This document shows, piece by piece, positions 63,786 to 64,000 of a stretch of DNA of 64,000 nucleotides. Origin of the DNA: the human T2T-CHM13v2.0 reference genome, Homo sapiens; assembly GCF_009914755.1 (NCBI RefSeq), contig NC_060932.1, one strand, 5' to 3'. Position numbers and translations under genes: made by a program. The notes below the pieces were generated by a model. It searched no databases. It saw only the letters and a program-made list of their open reading frames with translations, and was not told where the DNA came from. Position 1 is the first letter of the stretch. Each line of letters opens with the position of its first letter.

Positions 63786-63865
63786 GTCTGGCTAATGACA
63801 TTATCTCTTGCAGACCCAATGTCTAGACCAGTATTGAATAAAGATTGTATTTTAGTGCCAGCTAA
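63786..63865 (+). other. Candidate short terminal exon with poly(A) signal
   Basis: ctctctttttttctgtag acceptor at 63785; AATAAA at 63837-63842; GT/T-rich downstream. Confidence 0.35.
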
Positions 63866-64000
63866 TTATGCAGTGTTATAGTTTTTTAACATATTCTTGA
63901 AAACCTTGTTATTTTATACAAACCAAACCCTTTTTTTCAGAAAAACTTTCATTTTCTATTCTTTTACTAGAGTAAAATTTTGTTACACTAGAACCAAAAC

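Overview
This is primate (human-like) nuclear DNA: AT-rich, CpG-depleted and dominated by interspersed repeats. It holds 11 Alus (Y/S/J) plus a FLAM monomer, several old L1M elements, L2 and MIR relics, MaLR/ERVL/ERV1 solo LTRs, hAT/Tigger MER elements and microsatellites. I see no recognisable protein-coding gene, RNA gene, CRISPR array or prokaryote-type system, and nearly all ORFs in the track derive from repeats or low-complexity sequence. The most notable non-repeat signal is a chain of minus-strand exons with canonical splice sites (9255-9001, 6631-6558, optional 5721-5633, and 4381 to poly(A) signals at ~4055 or ~3742). These splice in frame into a 101-aa ORF with a hydrophobic C-terminus, so this may be a lncRNA, a microprotein gene or a decayed gene. 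Weaker plus-strand exon signals lie at 50.2-63.9 kb. The window also has several local inverted-duplication scars, including a 32-bp-arm hairpin at 25303-25383 and a ~195-bp inverted copy at 32160-32355. Repeat subfamily names come from recalled consensus motifs, not a database run, and boundaries of old elements are approximate.
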